Below, piece after piece: positions 61,601 through 64,000 of a stretch of DNA of 64,000 nucleotides (the stretch's first letter is position 1; every line of letters begins with the position of its first letter). Position numbers and translations under genes: made by a program. The DNA is from Mytilus californianus (Eukaryota), in the NCBI RefSeq assembly GCF_021869535.1, contig NW_026262712.1, positions 78,988,001-79,052,000 on the forward strand, read 5' to 3'. The notes beneath the pieces were generated by a model. That model was not told the origin of the DNA. It searched no databases and saw only the letters and a list, made by a program, of their open reading frames with translations.

Positions 61601-64000
61601 AAATATGACTCTCTGTATAAACTTGACATTTGAGAATCAATTATCAATTATTCAAGGAACATTAAGTCTGTAAACTTTATTAAACGGATCATGTTTCTTC
61701 GTGTTATATGATAAATGTCATGTTTGTAGAATGCAATACTAAGGTAATATTTATGTTGCAACTCCCTCTGAGGCAAAGCTGATCTTAAGTAAGACGAATT
61801 AGGGTATTCTCTGTATACCTGTTTTGGTTATACAGCTGCTCGTGTATTAACACGTTATTTGCTTTCAAATCTTTAGATTTGAGGTAGGTAAATCCAGAAA
61901 GCGCTTTAGACGCTCGAAATTTATAAAGTATTATGGAATACCCCCCACCCCCTCCCAACAACAACAACAACAACAAAACAATCAGTTAAATCTGACCACG
62001 TTTATGCATGTAACAGTATGAGCAACATACTGTACAATTGTTATCTAGAATGTGCTGGCTCGCTTGATTTTAAATGAACTATACAAATATGCCACCATGT
62101 TTCCCATCCACAGGCATGTTCCATAGAAAAAAATCGTATAAATGAAATCATTGTAAAGTGTGAAGTGAAAAGAGCAGTTGACGTCTCTTGTGATATTAGA
62201 AAACCGTGAGGTATTTAATGTTTTGCTAAATGACTTTGATAAATTGTTATTTGTTTACACGTTATGGTAACAACTCTCCCAATGTTTCGGTCGCGCAATT
62301 ATGTTTACTTTGTAGAAGCAGCGTTACATAAATTTATATAACTTTAGTTTTGAGAATGTTTTACTGTTGGTGTTTCTATGGAAGTTAGTACATAAAGGTA
62401 AAACAAAAACAAAAAACAAACAACTCAAAAAAATGGTGTATTGTGACTAGATTTATGTATACATCTTTATTTGTGAGTACCAGTCTGAGTAGATGTTAGA
62501 TGAATTTATAAGAACTATTGCACATTATTTTATTCTGTAGACCTTTTCTTTATTATGGTAAATTGTCGATTGCAGAATAATTAACAGAGTTGTTTATATA
62601 TTTTAACAAATGAATGTAAGTCACTACAGCAAGGCTGACTATCTAAAAATATCATGACTTCAAAAGAAAACATTTCATAATAAATCATTAATTAATTTTA
62701 ATGCTGCTTTTCTGTTTTCTATTTTTCCTTTTCTATTTTTAATTTCCTTTAATCCTTTACTTTTTAAAACTTATTGTTTTACTTTCTATCTGCAATATTT
62801 ATATTTTTTTTCATTCACGGATTGCCTTAAACCTATAAAGTAATGTTAATATATCAAATCAATTGGCGGACAGTCCAAATTTTCAATCACATGAACAATC
62901 CTTTTAACTCCATAATGTCGAAGAAAATATTCAATCTTTTTCCAAACTTGAAATATAGCAGCACGTCTGTGTGTGTTCTTGGAAGCTTATTCTGTGGATT
63001 ATATCAAATATATTTACTTATTCTATAACCAGAATCATTACCGGCTAGTGACCAGTATCCGTCAATTTTTCATAGTGCATTATACGGCATCTTTTAGGAA
63101 ATTATTTGTCCCATGACAAAATCAATGAAATATTTAACGTAATTGATAAGGAAGGGTCAGGGCAGTGTTTCAACAATTATTCTTTTTCAATTTGTCAAAG
63201 ACAAAGTAACGCAGTATCAAACGGTTTTCCTTTTCTGATCAGAAAATGAAGATAAATGGTGGATAAAAAAGGTCGAGTATTTCATACTTAACCGCTCCAT
63301 CAATGGTAAATCTTGTTAATTGGAAAACACTAGCAGTCGTTTAACACTGGATAATCCTATATTACTCATCAATCATTGTCCCCAGACACAAATTACGTAG
63401 ACTATTTAACTAAGACTTCGGCTAATTATGGAAATACATGTGGTATTAAAGAACATGTAAAATATTTGTATGTTATGGCATTGCTTCGATATGATTACCT
63501 TGAAGTTCTTAATTTCCTTAAAGCATGCGCACTGACCTTAACAGCTACACGACTAATATACAAATATATTTTTAAATAGTTAACTTAATAAAACGTTTAT
63601 ATCTAAAATGTACTATAAAATTGATACAAAAGAAATGAAAATTGAATGACTGAATAACTAAATTCAATCAGAGCAGTCTACTATTTTTACATTTCTTATC
63701 TTTGCAGTGGAGTAGGAGTAAACTGAAAAGTGTGTGTGTGAAAAGGGGGGGAGGGGAAGGGACTTCTGGTAGTAAGAAGAAAAAAAAATTTTCTTTGGTC
63801 TAAAAGTTAGTCAGTGTCCTTTATTCATTTTCCTTTTTTTATTTTTAATATTTTGTTTTTGCCGAAAAGGCACTTTTGAAAGGTGTGTGTGTGTGGGGGG
63901 GTGGGGCACCCCGACCCCGGCCCCTATGCTTTGAGATAAAACAATTATTTGAATACTTTGTTTACGCATTACTTCAAATTATCGAATGTTATAAAACAAT

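Noticed and set aside
63720-63925. G-rich tracts as G-quadruplex or telomere-like sequence
   Set aside because: Short GT/G runs typical of MITE ends; no regular four-tract or TTAGGG pattern.

Overview
AT-rich, repeat-dense eukaryotic DNA; the repeat types and neuropeptide style suggest a bivalve, probably a Mytilus mussel (inference). The only host gene I can support is a single-coding-exon buccalin/allatostatin-A neuropeptide precursor (41326-42120, +) with nine L-amide peptides. It probably starts at a TATA/CCAAT promoter and non-coding exon at about 15.5-15.64 kb, which implies a 25.6 kb 5'-UTR intron. The rest is mobile-element debris: a CR1-like LINE fragment, Helentron-type HINEs, MITEs, a 36-bp minisatellite and several families of Penelope-like retroelements (PLEs) whose RT is C-terminal (Naiad-like layout). 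The main observation is a ribozyme system. About 17 intact or decayed circularly permuted (type P5) twister-ribozyme-like modules are present, with multiple compensatory base changes between families. In two RT-encoding PLE families the module sits in the 3' UTR. Two short palindromes replace stem P1, and many copies are truncated just downstream of the predicted cleavage site. A third PLE family has a different, unassigned structured RNA at the same position. Minimal type I hammerhead ribozymes (retrozyme-like) are also present. All RNA structures were folded by eye; none is experimentally tested and novelty was not checked against the literature.
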